A stretch of 64,000 nt of DNA from IMG/VR virus record IMGVR_UViG_3300026097_000876, positions 124,001 to 188,000 of that record; one strand, written 5' to 3'. A program made the translations under genes and the position numbers. The notes beneath the pieces were generated by a model. The model was not told where the DNA came from and searched no databases. It worked only from the letters and a program-made list of their open reading frames with translations. Positions within the stretch are counted from its first letter, which is position 1. Each line of letters starts with the position of its first letter. This document shows, one piece after another, positions 10,243 through 20,266 of the stretch.

Positions 10243-11727
10243 TTAAATTGCACTAATTTCTTTAATTGTAATTGTTCCTCTCATTGCACTGTGTACTGTA
10301 CATTGATATGCATAGTTACCACTAATGTTCGAAGGAATTTTCCAATAAAGTGTTCCGCCAGTCTGTCCTTGCGCATCTGATCCAGTTGACACTGTTCCGT
10401 CTGTAGAAACGTGAACTAGTCCAGTATTATATTGTGTGCCGCCACTTGTTTCAATTTGAAACGGATGACTTCCTAACGAAGAACTGTTTAAATCAAATGC
10501 AATAGTTGTTCCGCTCATTGCAAAAATAATAGGATCTTCTGTGTTACCGTATTGATCAAATTTATAACCGTTACTAGAATCTGCTGTAACTACTAAAGAA
10601 GTGATTGCAGGATACGCCATTCTATCAATTGTAGTTCCAACATCGATCCAATTAGTTCCATTATATGCAAGCACAGCACCTGTAACTGGAGAAGTAATAG
10701 TAACGTCTGATAATGTACTAAATGAAGGACTTACGGCATCAATAGTTACTGTGTCGCCGGATACGCTAGTTGTAACATTTGTACCGCCAGCAATAGTAAG
10801 CGTGTCTGTTGTATTATCAGCTTCTGCTAGTCCAGTATCTGCTTGAACATTTGAGAAAGCATTTTGGTTTGCTTCACCCGAGTTAGGCGAACCAACATAG
10901 TTAATTGTCATAGTATCGCCTACCATTGACGTTGCAATATTTGTGCCGCCTGCAATAGTAAGTGTGTCTGTAGCACTGTTTGCTGTTGCAGATCCTGTGT
11001 CAGCACCAACTGTTTCAAATAAGTTCTGAACACTACCAGAACTTACAGTTTCAAATGTAAATCCGCCGCTACCGTCTGTTTGTAGTACTTGTCCTGCTGA
11101 ACCGTCTGAAATATTTAAATCTGTAAGTGCTGTAGGAATAGTTGGTCGATTGTTAAGATTGTTGTAATTTGTAAAGTATGCACTATCAAATCCGTCAAGG
11201 GTATCAGCATCTGTTCCGCCGCCGCCTACAGCAGTATCAACGCCTGGTGCCCACTTGGCTCCGTCCCATTTTAATACGTTACCTGTTTGCGGTGCTTGTG
11301 ATACTGTATCAACATCTGTAAGACTATTAATATTTCCGGTGTAAGCAACAGTAGCAAGAGGAGATGTATAGTTAGTAATATCTCCTGCACTAGTATCTAA
11401 TAATAATTTATGCCATTCGCCTGCATGGGCAACATGAACTGTACCAGTTTGGTGATTGTGTAATAGTGCACCGTGATAAGTCGCCGGATTAACTTGGTTA
11501 AGTTGATTCGTAGTTGCTACATGAAAAGATACTTTGTTAATTTTATTATCGTCGTTAGGAACATCGAGCTCTAAGCTAGAGTTTACAATATCTTTTAGGT
11601 TTGTACCGTCACCTAATGCATTGTACATTTCATCAGTGTTACTATTCAGTTTAGTACCAGCGGCTCTGAGTGTATCACCCGTTCCGTCGTTTGCTGATGT
11701 ACCTATATTAATTGTTGATTTTGCCAT
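10243..11727 (-). CDS. gp9/gp10-like fibre/baseplate protein with C-terminal cupredoxin-like domain
   Basis: N-terminus INIGTSANDGTGDTLRAAGTKLNSN matches the T4 gp9/gp10-type N-terminal motif; C-terminal SHPFQI...YQCTVHSAMRGTITI. Confidence 0.7.
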   Translation of the reverse strand: MAKSTINIGTSANDGTGDTLRAAGTKLNSNTDEMYNALGDGTNLKDIVNSSLELDVPNDDNKINKVSFHVATTNQLNQVNPATYHGALLHNHQTGTVHVAHAGEWHKLLLDTSAGDITNYTSPLATVAYTGNINSLTDVDTVSQAPQTGNVLKWDGAKWAPGVDTAVGGGGTDADTLDGFDSAYFTNYNNLNNRPTIPTALTDLNISDGSAGQVLQTDGSGGFTFETVSSGSVQNLFETVGADTGSATANSATDTLTIAGGTNIATSMVGDTMTINYVGSPNSGEANQNAFSNVQADTGLAEADNTTDTLTIAGGTNVTTSVSGDTVTIDAVSPSFSTLSDVTITSPVTGAVLAYNGTNWIDVGTTIDRMAYPAITSLVVTADSSNGYKFDQYGNTEDPIIFAMSGTTIAFDLNSSSLGSHPFQIETSGGTQYNTGLVHVSTDGTVSTGSDAQGQTGGTLYWKIPSNISGNYAYQCTVHSAMRGTITIKEISAI

Positions 11728-11730
11728 TCT

Positions 11731-12246
11731 TTACACCTTGTCAAATGTTATACTTGTATTATCCATAGTATTATCGATGCTATCAAATGTATTTATACCA
11801 TCTGACTCAACTGTTGATACATCTGCGATAATAGCAGGAGGAGTAAGCTGATGAATTGTTTTTGCATACGTTGCGTGGAAAATTAATTTTGCACCTGTGT
11901 ATATGGATGATGCAGGACGGACCATCACTTTACAAATACTTTCGTCAACTGTTACTTCTAATGTAATTAATTCTTGGTTAATACTTGAACGACCAAACAC
12001 GCTTGCAACAGCTCTGTCTGGTCTTGCAACTACAGAAAGTTGCATAATTTCTTTTTCGTTGGAGTCATACTCTACAGTAATTTGATAAACTACACTACTG
12101 AAATCGCCCACATGCCAAGAGTCCATTACAGTATTGGGATGGACTCCTAGCCAGTTTCCTTTATAACTGAAACTATTTCTATCTGGAAGATGTATTGTGT
12201 TGTTTAAACCTTTTGAAAAAAGATTTGTTAGTAATTTATTCATCAT
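11731..12246 (-). CDS. Hypothetical virion-associated protein (171 aa)
   Basis: Intact ORF with RBS (GGAG), preceded by a late promoter; first gene of the structural unit ending at 3737. Confidence 0.6.
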   Translation of the reverse strand: MMNKLLTNLFSKGLNNTIHLPDRNSFSYKGNWLGVHPNTVMDSWHVGDFSSVVYQITVEYDSNEKEIMQLSVVARPDRAVASVFGRSSINQELITLEVTVDESICKVMVRPASSIYTGAKLIFHATYAKTIHQLTPPAIIADVSTVESDGINTFDSIDNTMDNTSITFDKV

Positions 12247-12261
12247 TAGTGCTCCGTATAG

Positions 12262-12268
12262 TATTTAT
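12262..12268 (-). promoter_or_regulatory. Late promoter (ATAAATA)
   Basis: ATAAATA on the minus strand 16 nt upstream of the 12246 start; matches the T4 gp55 TATAAATA type. Confidence 0.65.
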
Positions 12269-12299
12269 CGTTTTACAAATATATATAGCACTAGTTATT

Positions 12300-12896
12300 T
12301 TAAGATAGATCTACTAGACTGTGTGCAAATTGGTATAAGTTATCAAACACATCAGTTTGTTTTTTTAGATCTTTGTTTGCAAAAGTTTCTAACTTCTTGG
12401 CTGTTTCTTGACCGTATCCTGTACGTACCAAAACTGGTTTAGCTTTTGCTTTGACTGCAGCTTTTAAATCTGTGATTTTGTCTCCAACATATAAACCATT
12501 AGTCCATTTGACGCCTACTTCTGCCGCAGCTCTTTTGAACATACCAGTATTAGGTTTTGCATATATATCATCTTTTAAATTTGTAGTTGAGTAATACAGT
12601 CCGTTAATACTACGACAGCCGATATCTCCTAATAAACTTAACATATGATTATGCACAACATCAACATCGACCGAGTCCATAATGCCTTTCATTATTCCTG
12701 CTTGGTTAGTAAGAATTACGACATCGTATCCTTTGTCTCGAATTATCTTAATTGCTTCGAGACTCCCTTCGATAGGCTTAAATTGTTCTGGCTTGGTTAC
12801 ATATGTGCCTATGTCTTCATTAATAGTTCCATCTCGATCTAATCCAATTACTGGGGGTTGCATATTAATCTCCATAGTTTTAATTAAGGTCTCCAC
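12300..12896 (-). CDS. gmhB: D-glycero-D-manno-heptose 1,7-bisphosphate phosphatase (HAD family)
   Basis: GLDRDGTIN (DxD), VILTNQAGI, AKPNTGMF, YVGDKITDLKAA, VLVRTGYG. Confidence 0.88.
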   Translation of the reverse strand: METLIKTMEINMQPPVIGLDRDGTINEDIGTYVTKPEQFKPIEGSLEAIKIIRDKGYDVVILTNQAGIMKGIMDSVDVDVVHNHMLSLLGDIGCRSINGLYYSTTNLKDDIYAKPNTGMFKRAAAEVGVKWTNGLYVGDKITDLKAAVKAKAKPVLVRTGYGQETAKKLETFANKDLKKQTDVFDNLYQFAHSLVDLS

Positions 12897-13747
12897 CTAT
12901 CGTCGGACCAACCAATTTTATCAGGGTTAAACCATTGTAATTCTTCTAATACAATCGGATCTTTATCTCGATATTGATCGTGCCAGCTGTCAACAAACTG
13001 TTTAGTTTCATCATTTAATGGTTCTATGTATTGTTCTACAAAACTAGCCGCTTCGTGTGTTAACGGATGCACTTCAGCCAAAAGCATATGTGCATGTTCT
13101 TCTTTAAGTGTTGGAACACTTTTTGGCCGTGTTTTGAAAAATTCGTCAGTTACTCCAAAATTTAATGCATTGAGTATAGGAGGACAAGTTGTTTCTATGT
13201 CATCTTTATAAACTTCTAACACAGCTCTAATATCTTCTAATTCTAATTTTTCATTTTGTTGATTAAAAGTTTTAGACTGTTCTTCCCATCCTTCTACTGG
13301 ATCTCTAAAACATGTTGAATAAACTTTACATCCGATTGATTTCAGTGCCTTATGGGTAGAACTAATTATAGCACAATCGCGCATTGTACAATGCATTAAA
13401 TCTGACCACTGCCACTGACCTTCGTACAGATAGTTATTTAAAATAAATTTTTCTTCATTGTGATGAGTAAAATTATTAAAGTTTCCAGGCGTCCACCATC
13501 CTTTACCCATATGATATCTATCTTCTCGAAACATACTGCTCCATTGAAGCAAAATAATATCATCTTTGTTAAATTTATGTACAGTATTTGCTTCCCACAG
13601 GCGTGTATTGATGTACATGTTGCCTGCACCCGACTTGGCCCAATTAGATCCTTCGTATCCTTGAGATTTGTATTGGTGAATTAGAATATCTGCCCACGTA
13701 GGATAAAAATATTGAGTGAGGCTGCATCCAAATGCAAAAATCCTCAA
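12884..13747 (-). CDS. Hypothetical protein, SGNH-like N-terminus
   Basis: RIFAFGCSLT..W and AKSGAGN resemble SGNH blocks I/II; overlaps both neighbours (operon). Confidence 0.5.
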   Translation of the reverse strand: MRIFAFGCSLTQYFYPTWADILIHQYKSQGYEGSNWAKSGAGNMYINTRLWEANTVHKFNKDDIILLQWSSMFREDRYHMGKGWWTPGNFNNFTHHNEEKFILNNYLYEGQWQWSDLMHCTMRDCAIISSTHKALKSIGCKVYSTCFRDPVEGWEEQSKTFNQQNEKLELEDIRAVLEVYKDDIETTCPPILNALNFGVTDEFFKTRPKSVPTLKEEHAHMLLAEVHPLTHEAASFVEQYIEPLNDETKQFVDSWHDQYRDKDPIVLEELQWFNPDKIGWSDDRWRP

Positions 13748-15210
13748 ACCAACCTCCTTAATAAGTCTAACATCATCTTATGTGGAATGGCTCTAATACT
13801 ATCAAAATTAATTTTTTCTTGGCATTTTTGGTTTACATATTGCTGAACGTCTGATGGTAACGTATTATATTGAGATAATATATCTTTATTATTAAATAAT
13901 CCTAGTCCATGCATAACAATTGCATAATTATACTCATTAAACAATATTTTTTTAGTATGAGACGTTAGATCATCAGCAACTGGCATTCGATTTTCCCACA
14001 TTTTAAGATTTTTTTCTAGAGATTCTGGAATAGGAGTATCTGCTACAGCTCTCCAAAATGGTGTGTCTCTTCTTTTTGTTATATAATGTAGTACAATAAA
14101 GTCTCTAATATTGTTCATAATAGAATCAACTTCTACATTATATCGATCAATAGATTCTTGATTATAATTTACTAATCGCTGTGCAAGCAAAAAACTTTGA
14201 TTAATACTAGTTCCAATCGAACTTGCTTCCAACGGTTCAACAAAGCTAGCACTCAGCCCAATTGCACAAACATTATTAATCCATGGGCGATCTAAAGCAC
14301 CAGGATCGAATTTGATGTGTTTAGCAACAGTTACATCGTAACCAAGGTATTCTTCAACTTCTTTTTGCGCTTCCTCGGCTGTAATATAATCACTATCGAA
14401 AATATATCCGTTCCCTTTTCGGTCGTATACTGGAATTCTGAACATCCAACCCGAATTCATAGCTTTAGCTAGTGTCCACATAGGAGTTTCTTCCTCCTCA
14501 GGAGTAGGAAAAACAATAGCTTCCTTCATTTTGAGGTATTTACTGTAGCTATTCCATGTAGCACCCAATTTATTAATTAGTAGACGTTTAAATCCTGTGC
14601 AATCAATATAAAAATCATAATGATAGTCTTGCTTTTCACCTTTTAAAGTTTTAATTTCGCCTTTTAATACATTAACATCTACAATTTCATCATCATATAC
14701 ATTACACCCTTTAGATATTGCAAAATTTGTTAAAAAATCGTTTAACTTGTTAGTGTTAAAATGATATTGACTTACGCCTGTATCATTTGGGCGTTCTTCC
14801 ATAAATTTATTGAAAGGTGTAAGATTTTTCCAAAGATAATCTCCAGTTAAGTCTCGAGGATCAACGTTTTCACCAATTAGTTTGGCATAACACATTGGCA
14901 TTCCGAGATGTTCTCCTACAAACGGATCGTGTACATTTTGTAGATAAGGTTTTTCGCTCCAGTCTTCAAACATAATACCTGCTTTGTAGGTTGCATCACA
15001 CTCTTTTACAAGAGTTCCTGCTGGAATCCCTACATAATCCATAAATGCAGACCAGTGTTCTGTGGATCCTTCGCCTACACCGATTGTTCCTATTTTCGTA
15101 GACCTAATTACATCTACAGTAAAGTTAGGAAAACTTGTTTTTAATATTAATGCGCTTACAAAGCCTGCGGTTCCACCGCCTACCACTGCTATTTTCATAT
15201 TTTTATTCAT
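13744..15210 (-). CDS. Flavin-dependent (tryptophan halogenase, PrnA-like) family protein
   Basis: VVGGGTAG FAD motif, IGVGEGST, DATYKAGI (Lys motif), FYIDCTGF, WMFRIP, GLSASFVEPLEASSI. Confidence 0.88.
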   Translation of the reverse strand: MNKNMKIAVVGGGTAGFVSALILKTSFPNFTVDVIRSTKIGTIGVGEGSTEHWSAFMDYVGIPAGTLVKECDATYKAGIMFEDWSEKPYLQNVHDPFVGEHLGMPMCYAKLIGENVDPRDLTGDYLWKNLTPFNKFMEERPNDTGVSQYHFNTNKLNDFLTNFAISKGCNVYDDEIVDVNVLKGEIKTLKGEKQDYHYDFYIDCTGFKRLLINKLGATWNSYSKYLKMKEAIVFPTPEEEETPMWTLAKAMNSGWMFRIPVYDRKGNGYIFDSDYITAEEAQKEVEEYLGYDVTVAKHIKFDPGALDRPWINNVCAIGLSASFVEPLEASSIGTSINQSFLLAQRLVNYNQESIDRYNVEVDSIMNNIRDFIVLHYITKRRDTPFWRAVADTPIPESLEKNLKMWENRMPVADDLTSHTKKILFNEYNYAIVMHGLGLFNNKDILSQYNTLPSDVQQYVNQKCQEKINFDSIRAIPHKMMLDLLRRLV

Positions 15211-15778
15211 CTAAGGTATACCATCCAGTTACAATATACTTAACGCCTTTATAAATAGGATTACCTCGATGTGGATGTGTAAATGATGTTGGAAAAATAC
15301 AAAGTTTGCCTGGTTCAGGTTTACATTTGACTCCTTGATATAAAAATTCTGTTTCGCCGCCTTCGTCAACAGCATTTAAGTAAACTGTATAAGCAAGTAT
15401 GCGTGATGCTGAACTCAAATCAGCATTTTCACAATGCCAGGCATGATACCCTTGATGAGGTTTAGTTTTTTGTACACTCATTCCTTTAGGAGAGTGTTGC
15501 ATTACGTTTCCTAAACTTTCATATTTGCTGCGATACTTGTCTGTGTAAATTTTATTAAGAGTAGAATAGAAAAAATGACACAAGTCTTCATCAGCATGAT
15601 ATCTCGAATTGTGATTTGCCCAATCCATCATTACACGTTCGTCTTGATTTTTTGCACTGCTTTCTAAATTTGTAAGTTGGCTAGCAGACATTTCTTCAAA
15701 ACGTTTAATTACTTGCTTACACCAATCAATTGGAAAAGCATTTGAATATTCTTCGATTCCGTTAAAATTGCCTTCCAT
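15203..15778 (-). CDS. 2OG-Fe(II) oxygenase (prolyl-4-hydroxylase-like)
   Basis: GYHAWHCE (HxE), YLN..DEGGETEF, FPTSFTHPHRGNP, KYIVTGW. Confidence 0.85.
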   Translation of the reverse strand: MEGNFNGIEEYSNAFPIDWCKQVIKRFEEMSASQLTNLESSAKNQDERVMMDWANHNSRYHADEDLCHFFYSTLNKIYTDKYRSKYESLGNVMQHSPKGMSVQKTKPHQGYHAWHCENADLSSASRILAYTVYLNAVDEGGETEFLYQGVKCKPEPGKLCIFPTSFTHPHRGNPIYKGVKYIVTGWYTLDE

Positions 15779-15786
15779 AATGACTC

Positions 15787-16488
15787 CTAAATAAAAAATT
15801 GTTGATTAATACGGTAGTTGTCGTTTACAAACATATGAGGTTTAACATACGCTGTATGAAGAACTGCCTGATTATACAAAACCATTCTATTAAAAACCAT
15901 CGGCACCATGCCAATCATTTCCCAATCATATGTTGTATCTGTAATATATTCTCTAACAGGATGTTTGCCTTTTACATCTAGCGTATGTGTTATTGAAGTA
16001 TCGTCATAATACGTCTTTCCGCCAAATTTATAAAAACTAGTCCCACCGTTGCACTCGTTAGCCGTATTAAGATAAATCGTTGAAGCTAAATTTCTTCCAC
16101 TAGTATTGTCCATATGAGGACATATAGGAGGTAGATTCTCGCTCTGCATTACATTTACCATAAATGTTGCATTTGTAAAACTACGTATCATATATCCCGG
16201 ATCATATTCTTTCATAATATCTGGAAAATATGTTCTTGCTAATTGATCATAAATCCAAGACATATTAGAAAGTTCATAAAACGCATTAATTCTTAATGCT
16301 GGATTGTTTCCTCTAATGCGCTTGTTTGTTGATGCAGGAATGTTCAAAGCTAGTTCTCGAACCATGTGAGGATTTTTGTAAAAATTATCAACTGAGATAA
16401 CAGTTACATCCCCAAATTTATGAACATATGGTTGATAGTCTGGATTAATTGCAAATACTTCGTCTTCGTCAATTGTTTTTTTATGCAT
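15787..16488 (-). CDS. 2OG-Fe(II) oxygenase-like protein (DUF6445-like)
   Basis: DNFYKNP..VRELA, PHMD (HxD), IYLN...GGTSFY, FNRMVLY...LH. Confidence 0.65.
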   Translation of the reverse strand: MHKKTIDEDEVFAINPDYQPYVHKFGDVTVISVDNFYKNPHMVRELALNIPASTNKRIRGNNPALRINAFYELSNMSWIYDQLARTYFPDIMKEYDPGYMIRSFTNATFMVNVMQSENLPPICPHMDNTSGRNLASTIYLNTANECNGGTSFYKFGGKTYYDDTSITHTLDVKGKHPVREYITDTTYDWEMIGMVPMVFNRMVLYNQAVLHTAYVKPHMFVNDNYRINQQFFI

Positions 16489-17083
16489 CTGTTTTCTCTG
16501 TTAGTATAAAGTTAGCACTAATCGTTGCTCGTATGTCTTGACTTTTATTGTGTGTTACGTAATGTTCCATTACACTAGGAAAATAAATGATATCTCCTTC
16601 AACTAGCGGGGGAGTTACTCTATTATTATATTTAAAAGGCTGTGTAGTTAAACTAGGAAGGTCTGATTGATGGAAAAAATCATATGCATTTTTATAAAAA
16701 ACAAAATTTCCACTATTAGGAGGTACTTTCATCATATATGCACAGCTAATAATACTAGGACCTGCGTGATTATGAACTTCTTGGTGTTGTCCTTGAGAAT
16801 ACCTATTTAACCAACATTCGATTCGATAATCAATTGGAAGATCAATATTAAAAATTTCAAGATATTCGTTTAAACCGTTAATTGCAGACCTAATAAACTT
16901 TTGATATGGCAAGCTATCAGCATCTCGATTTCCAAAGGTAGTGTCAACGTTGCTATACCAAGTATCGACTTTATTAAAATATTCATCAGACTCTAACACT
17001 TGGTTAAAGTCTGTTTGAACATCTTGATGATTGTTTAGTTGTGTCTTATAGACAGGAATTGAGAATAAATCATAGTGTGTCAT
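16481..17083 (-). CDS. 2OG-Fe(II) oxygenase (TIGR02466-like)
   Basis: LFSIPVY, WLNRY..G.HQEVHNH (HxH), EGDIIYFPS..EHYV, RATISANF. Confidence 0.8.
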   Translation of the reverse strand: MTHYDLFSIPVYKTQLNNHQDVQTDFNQVLESDEYFNKVDTWYSNVDTTFGNRDADSLPYQKFIRSAINGLNEYLEIFNIDLPIDYRIECWLNRYSQGQHQEVHNHAGPSIISCAYMMKVPPNSGNFVFYKNAYDFFHQSDLPSLTTQPFKYNNRVTPPLVEGDIIYFPSVMEHYVTHNKSQDIRATISANFILTEKTDA

Positions 17084-17085
17084 TA

Positions 17086-18909
17086 CTAGTTTTTCATTTC
17101 AATTAGTTTACCATATTCGGGCAAGAAACAGTACTCCATTTCACTATTATACAATGTCCTAACAGCGTCGTCAAGTGTTTCCACTAAAGGTTCGCCGCCT
17201 AGATTAAACGATGTATTAAAGATAATCGGAACACCTGTTTGCTCATAGAACGTTTTAATTAAATTATAATAGTGTTTGTTTTGATTTTCAGTAACAGTTT
17301 GAATTCGACATGTGCCGTCAACATGAATAATACTAGGAATTTTTTCTTCAATACCTGGTTGACAGTTCATTGCATACATCATATGCGGAGATTCTTTTAA
17401 TCCTCGCATGTCAAACCATTCGTGTGCATGTTCTAATAAAATAGACCCAGCAAATGGACGGAAGTATTCTCTACGCTTGACTTTGTTTACATAATCTTTA
17501 CCATCTTCTGCAGTAGGGTCAAACAAAATACTTCTGTTACCTAATGCCCTAGGGCCGTTTTCACTTTGCCCTTGAAACATAGTTACAATATTTTTGTTTT
17601 TAATTAAATCAACTACAGTGTTATAATCAGCATCGACAATACTAGCACCATACTTATTTGCTGTTTCTTCGATCTGTTCAGCTGTGTAAGAATATTCAAA
17701 TCCTTCATATATAGTTTCTGCATACGATCTTACTTTTTTATCTTTAGTAGTTTGATGATAAATTAACATTGCGGCGCCGATTGCTGTTCCTGCATCGCTC
17801 GATACTGGCTCTACATATAAATTAATGCCTTCGTCGTTTAGTTTATCAAGATACCAATAGTTGGCTACACAGTTTAATGCGTATCCGCCACTAAGAACTA
17901 CATTTTTATTGCCACTCATTTCCACTGCTTTAAAAATAAGATTTAAAACTTCTTGTTGAGATTGTTCTTGAACAGCGTATGCAAGATCTCTTCTATTTTC
18001 AAGTGTTGTTAAGTCTATATTACTATTTTGCACATCTTGTGAAGTTTCAAGAAACTCATATTTGCCTTCGTTAACTAATGCAGCATTAGGATAAGTAGGA
18101 ATAATTACGTTTCTGTCACTAGTTCTCCATTTTCCGCCATTACCGTCTGTATAAATTGGAGGAATATTATTGTTTGGTTTTCCATATGGTGCTAATCCCA
18201 TTGTTTTGCCAGCTTCAATTGGTTGAAATCCGCAATACTGAGTTACAGCCTCGTATGCTTTAGTAATTCCTGCACTATCATCAAGCACCAGTTCGTGATA
18301 TCCTTCTTCACCTTCTCGATCTGAAGGTATAAATGGCACATGTGCTCCAGGAAACGGTCCATTCGCTCCTTGATGCTTATACAATGTTTTTAAGTTATCA
18401 GGATAATTACAATTAAAAATACTTTCGCATTCCCATGTCATAAATTCTTCTTGGAATTGTCCTGCATTAATATTCATAGGAATAAAAGTACCAGCGCCAT
18501 CAACTACGACAGCTGTTGCTGTTTCAAATCCTGAACGATAAAATGCACAAGCAGCATGAAGTTTATGATGAATGTGACTAAGGTCTATAACTTGTCTATG
18601 ATCAAAATTAGGACCGTATGCACTTTCTGATCGATCAATTAACCCTAATTTTCTTGCTAATCCAGTGTACATGTCTCCACCGCTGAAGTCGATTCTGCTA
18701 GAGTCTGATAGCGGTTGTGTATGTGCCACAACTAGATAATCAAGTTTATCGGTATAATCTAAAAATTTAATCATTGCGGCAAGTGGGCCGCCGTCGTATT
18801 TTTTACGAGTAAGGCGTTCTTCTTCAATTGCAAATACAATTTCACCGTCTTTCAATAAAACAGCACCGCCGTTGTGTCCTCTTGTAATTGCTCCAATCCA
18901 CTGCGTCAT
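17086..18909 (-). CDS. Carbamoyltransferase (NodU/CmcH/TobZ family)
   Basis: GHNGGAVL..DG....AIEEERLTRKK, HHKLHAACAF, VVDGAG, AGKTMGLAPYG, SGGYALNCVAN, DAGTAIGAA, GPRALGNRSIL, RE.FRPFA, HVDGTCRIQTV, NTSFNL.GEPLV. Confidence 0.93.
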   Translation of the reverse strand: MTQWIGAITRGHNGGAVLLKDGEIVFAIEEERLTRKKYDGGPLAAMIKFLDYTDKLDYLVVAHTQPLSDSSRIDFSGGDMYTGLARKLGLIDRSESAYGPNFDHRQVIDLSHIHHKLHAACAFYRSGFETATAVVVDGAGTFIPMNINAGQFQEEFMTWECESIFNCNYPDNLKTLYKHQGANGPFPGAHVPFIPSDREGEEGYHELVLDDSAGITKAYEAVTQYCGFQPIEAGKTMGLAPYGKPNNNIPPIYTDGNGGKWRTSDRNVIIPTYPNAALVNEGKYEFLETSQDVQNSNIDLTTLENRRDLAYAVQEQSQQEVLNLIFKAVEMSGNKNVVLSGGYALNCVANYWYLDKLNDEGINLYVEPVSSDAGTAIGAAMLIYHQTTKDKKVRSYAETIYEGFEYSYTAEQIEETANKYGASIVDADYNTVVDLIKNKNIVTMFQGQSENGPRALGNRSILFDPTAEDGKDYVNKVKRREYFRPFAGSILLEHAHEWFDMRGLKESPHMMYAMNCQPGIEEKIPSIIHVDGTCRIQTVTENQNKHYYNLIKTFYEQTGVPIIFNTSFNLGGEPLVETLDDAVRTLYNSEMEYCFLPEYGKLIEMKN

Positions 18910-19640
18910 ACTTTATTTTCCTTTATGTATTTTAGAATTTTACTTCTATATTTTGCATTTTCAAATGCCTTATAACATTCTGCTAATGGTGTAGGTAAAA
19001 ATCTTTTGGCTTTTAGATTTTTGTAACCTAAACATTGCATTACTGGTCCTGTTTTAGACTCAAACAACTTTGCACTATCAAATCTAATTAACTTAATTTT
19101 TTCTGTAGTATTAAATTTAAAGTAACATAATGTATCGCCCCTTTTTATGTCTATTTCAGATACGTTATCTTTAAACTTAAATGCAGGACGTACAGGTCTA
19201 ATCCAACTTGATATATTATATGTACCAGCAATGCCCATTGTCGCTGACGAAAACTGAGTTTGTTCGTAGTAAGGTGGTAATTGTGTCATACTTAATGGAG
19301 TTTCACTAAAAAATAAAAAATTAGGGTGCTCTATTTGATGTATATTTTCTTTATTTGGTTCGCCAACATAATTAATTAAAAAATTAGGATCAATATCATA
19401 ATTAGACATTACTTCTTTTTTTACATGGTCAAATTTTATATGAAAATCTATAGGACTTTTTGCACTAAATGTGTTTTTAGTTTCATCAACTATAGCGGGA
19501 CATAAACTTGCACCTAACCCAAAAAATTCTCGTGCATTAAGATCCTTATAGACTGTCTCTGGTTCAAAGTATTTCAATTCTGAAACAAACTCCTGACCCT
19601 CTGGGACGTTTATTACCGGAGACCAGTATACTTTGATCAT
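18906..19640 (-). CDS. Hypothetical protein (244 aa)
   Basis: Intact ORF with 4-nt overlaps to both neighbours; no family recognised. Confidence 0.6.
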   Translation of the reverse strand: MIKVYWSPVINVPEGQEFVSELKYFEPETVYKDLNAREFFGLGASLCPAIVDETKNTFSAKSPIDFHIKFDHVKKEVMSNYDIDPNFLINYVGEPNKENIHQIEHPNFLFFSETPLSMTQLPPYYEQTQFSSATMGIAGTYNISSWIRPVRPAFKFKDNVSEIDIKRGDTLCYFKFNTTEKIKLIRFDSAKLFESKTGPVMQCLGYKNLKAKRFLPTPLAECYKAFENAKYRSKILKYIKENKV

Positions 19641-20266
19641 TGGCTATTCTCTACTTCATATAAAAAATCACACACAAACACTCTACGTTCATCAATTGTA
19701 GGATATGTGCCATGCCAAACTCTTCCGTCCATTATAACTACTTCTCCTGCTTTTGGAGTGTGTGTTTGAAAATTTACTTGGTAATCAGGTAACGGTTGTA
19801 ATGTTATTAGATTCCCTGCCATTGGATATTCGATAGACGTTGAGACAGAATTTAAAAACAAGACTGCTGTTAACTGTCGATCATTAACTGTGTCAGTTGG
19901 ACAATTTGCTGTCATAGTATGACAGTGAAATCCAGAATACGAATTCTGTCCATATTTTACACCCCAGGCTTTTCTAAATTCTTTAATACATATTGGAAGA
20001 TTTTCTTGTACGCTGTCTGTAATAAATTTTTGTAAACTTAATGTTGCGTCAATATCTTTTGGGTAATTCATATTATCTTTATGATAAAGATATGCATTAC
20101 CTAGTTGCTTCGATGTTTCGTCGTAATTTGTAAAAATATTTTCAAACTTTTTGTAGTCAGGATAAAACAGCTCGTCAATTATCCAAGTTTCTAGTGTAGT
20201 TTTTCCTGTTTTTTGAGGCTCTATACGTTTTTCCCACAAATTGTTTAAAAAGTCTTCAGTAATCAA
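19637..20266 (-). CDS. Putative 2OG-Fe(II) oxygenase
   Basis: AWGVKY..NSYSGFHCH (HxH), TAVLFLN, GEVVIMDGRVWHGTYP, RRVFVCDF jelly-roll pattern. Confidence 0.65.
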   Translation of the reverse strand: MITEDFLNNLWEKRIEPQKTGKTTLETWIIDELFYPDYKKFENIFTNYDETSKQLGNAYLYHKDNMNYPKDIDATLSLQKFITDSVQENLPICIKEFRKAWGVKYGQNSYSGFHCHTMTANCPTDTVNDRQLTAVLFLNSVSTSIEYPMAGNLITLQPLPDYQVNFQTHTPKAGEVVIMDGRVWHGTYPTIDERRVFVCDFLYEVENSQ

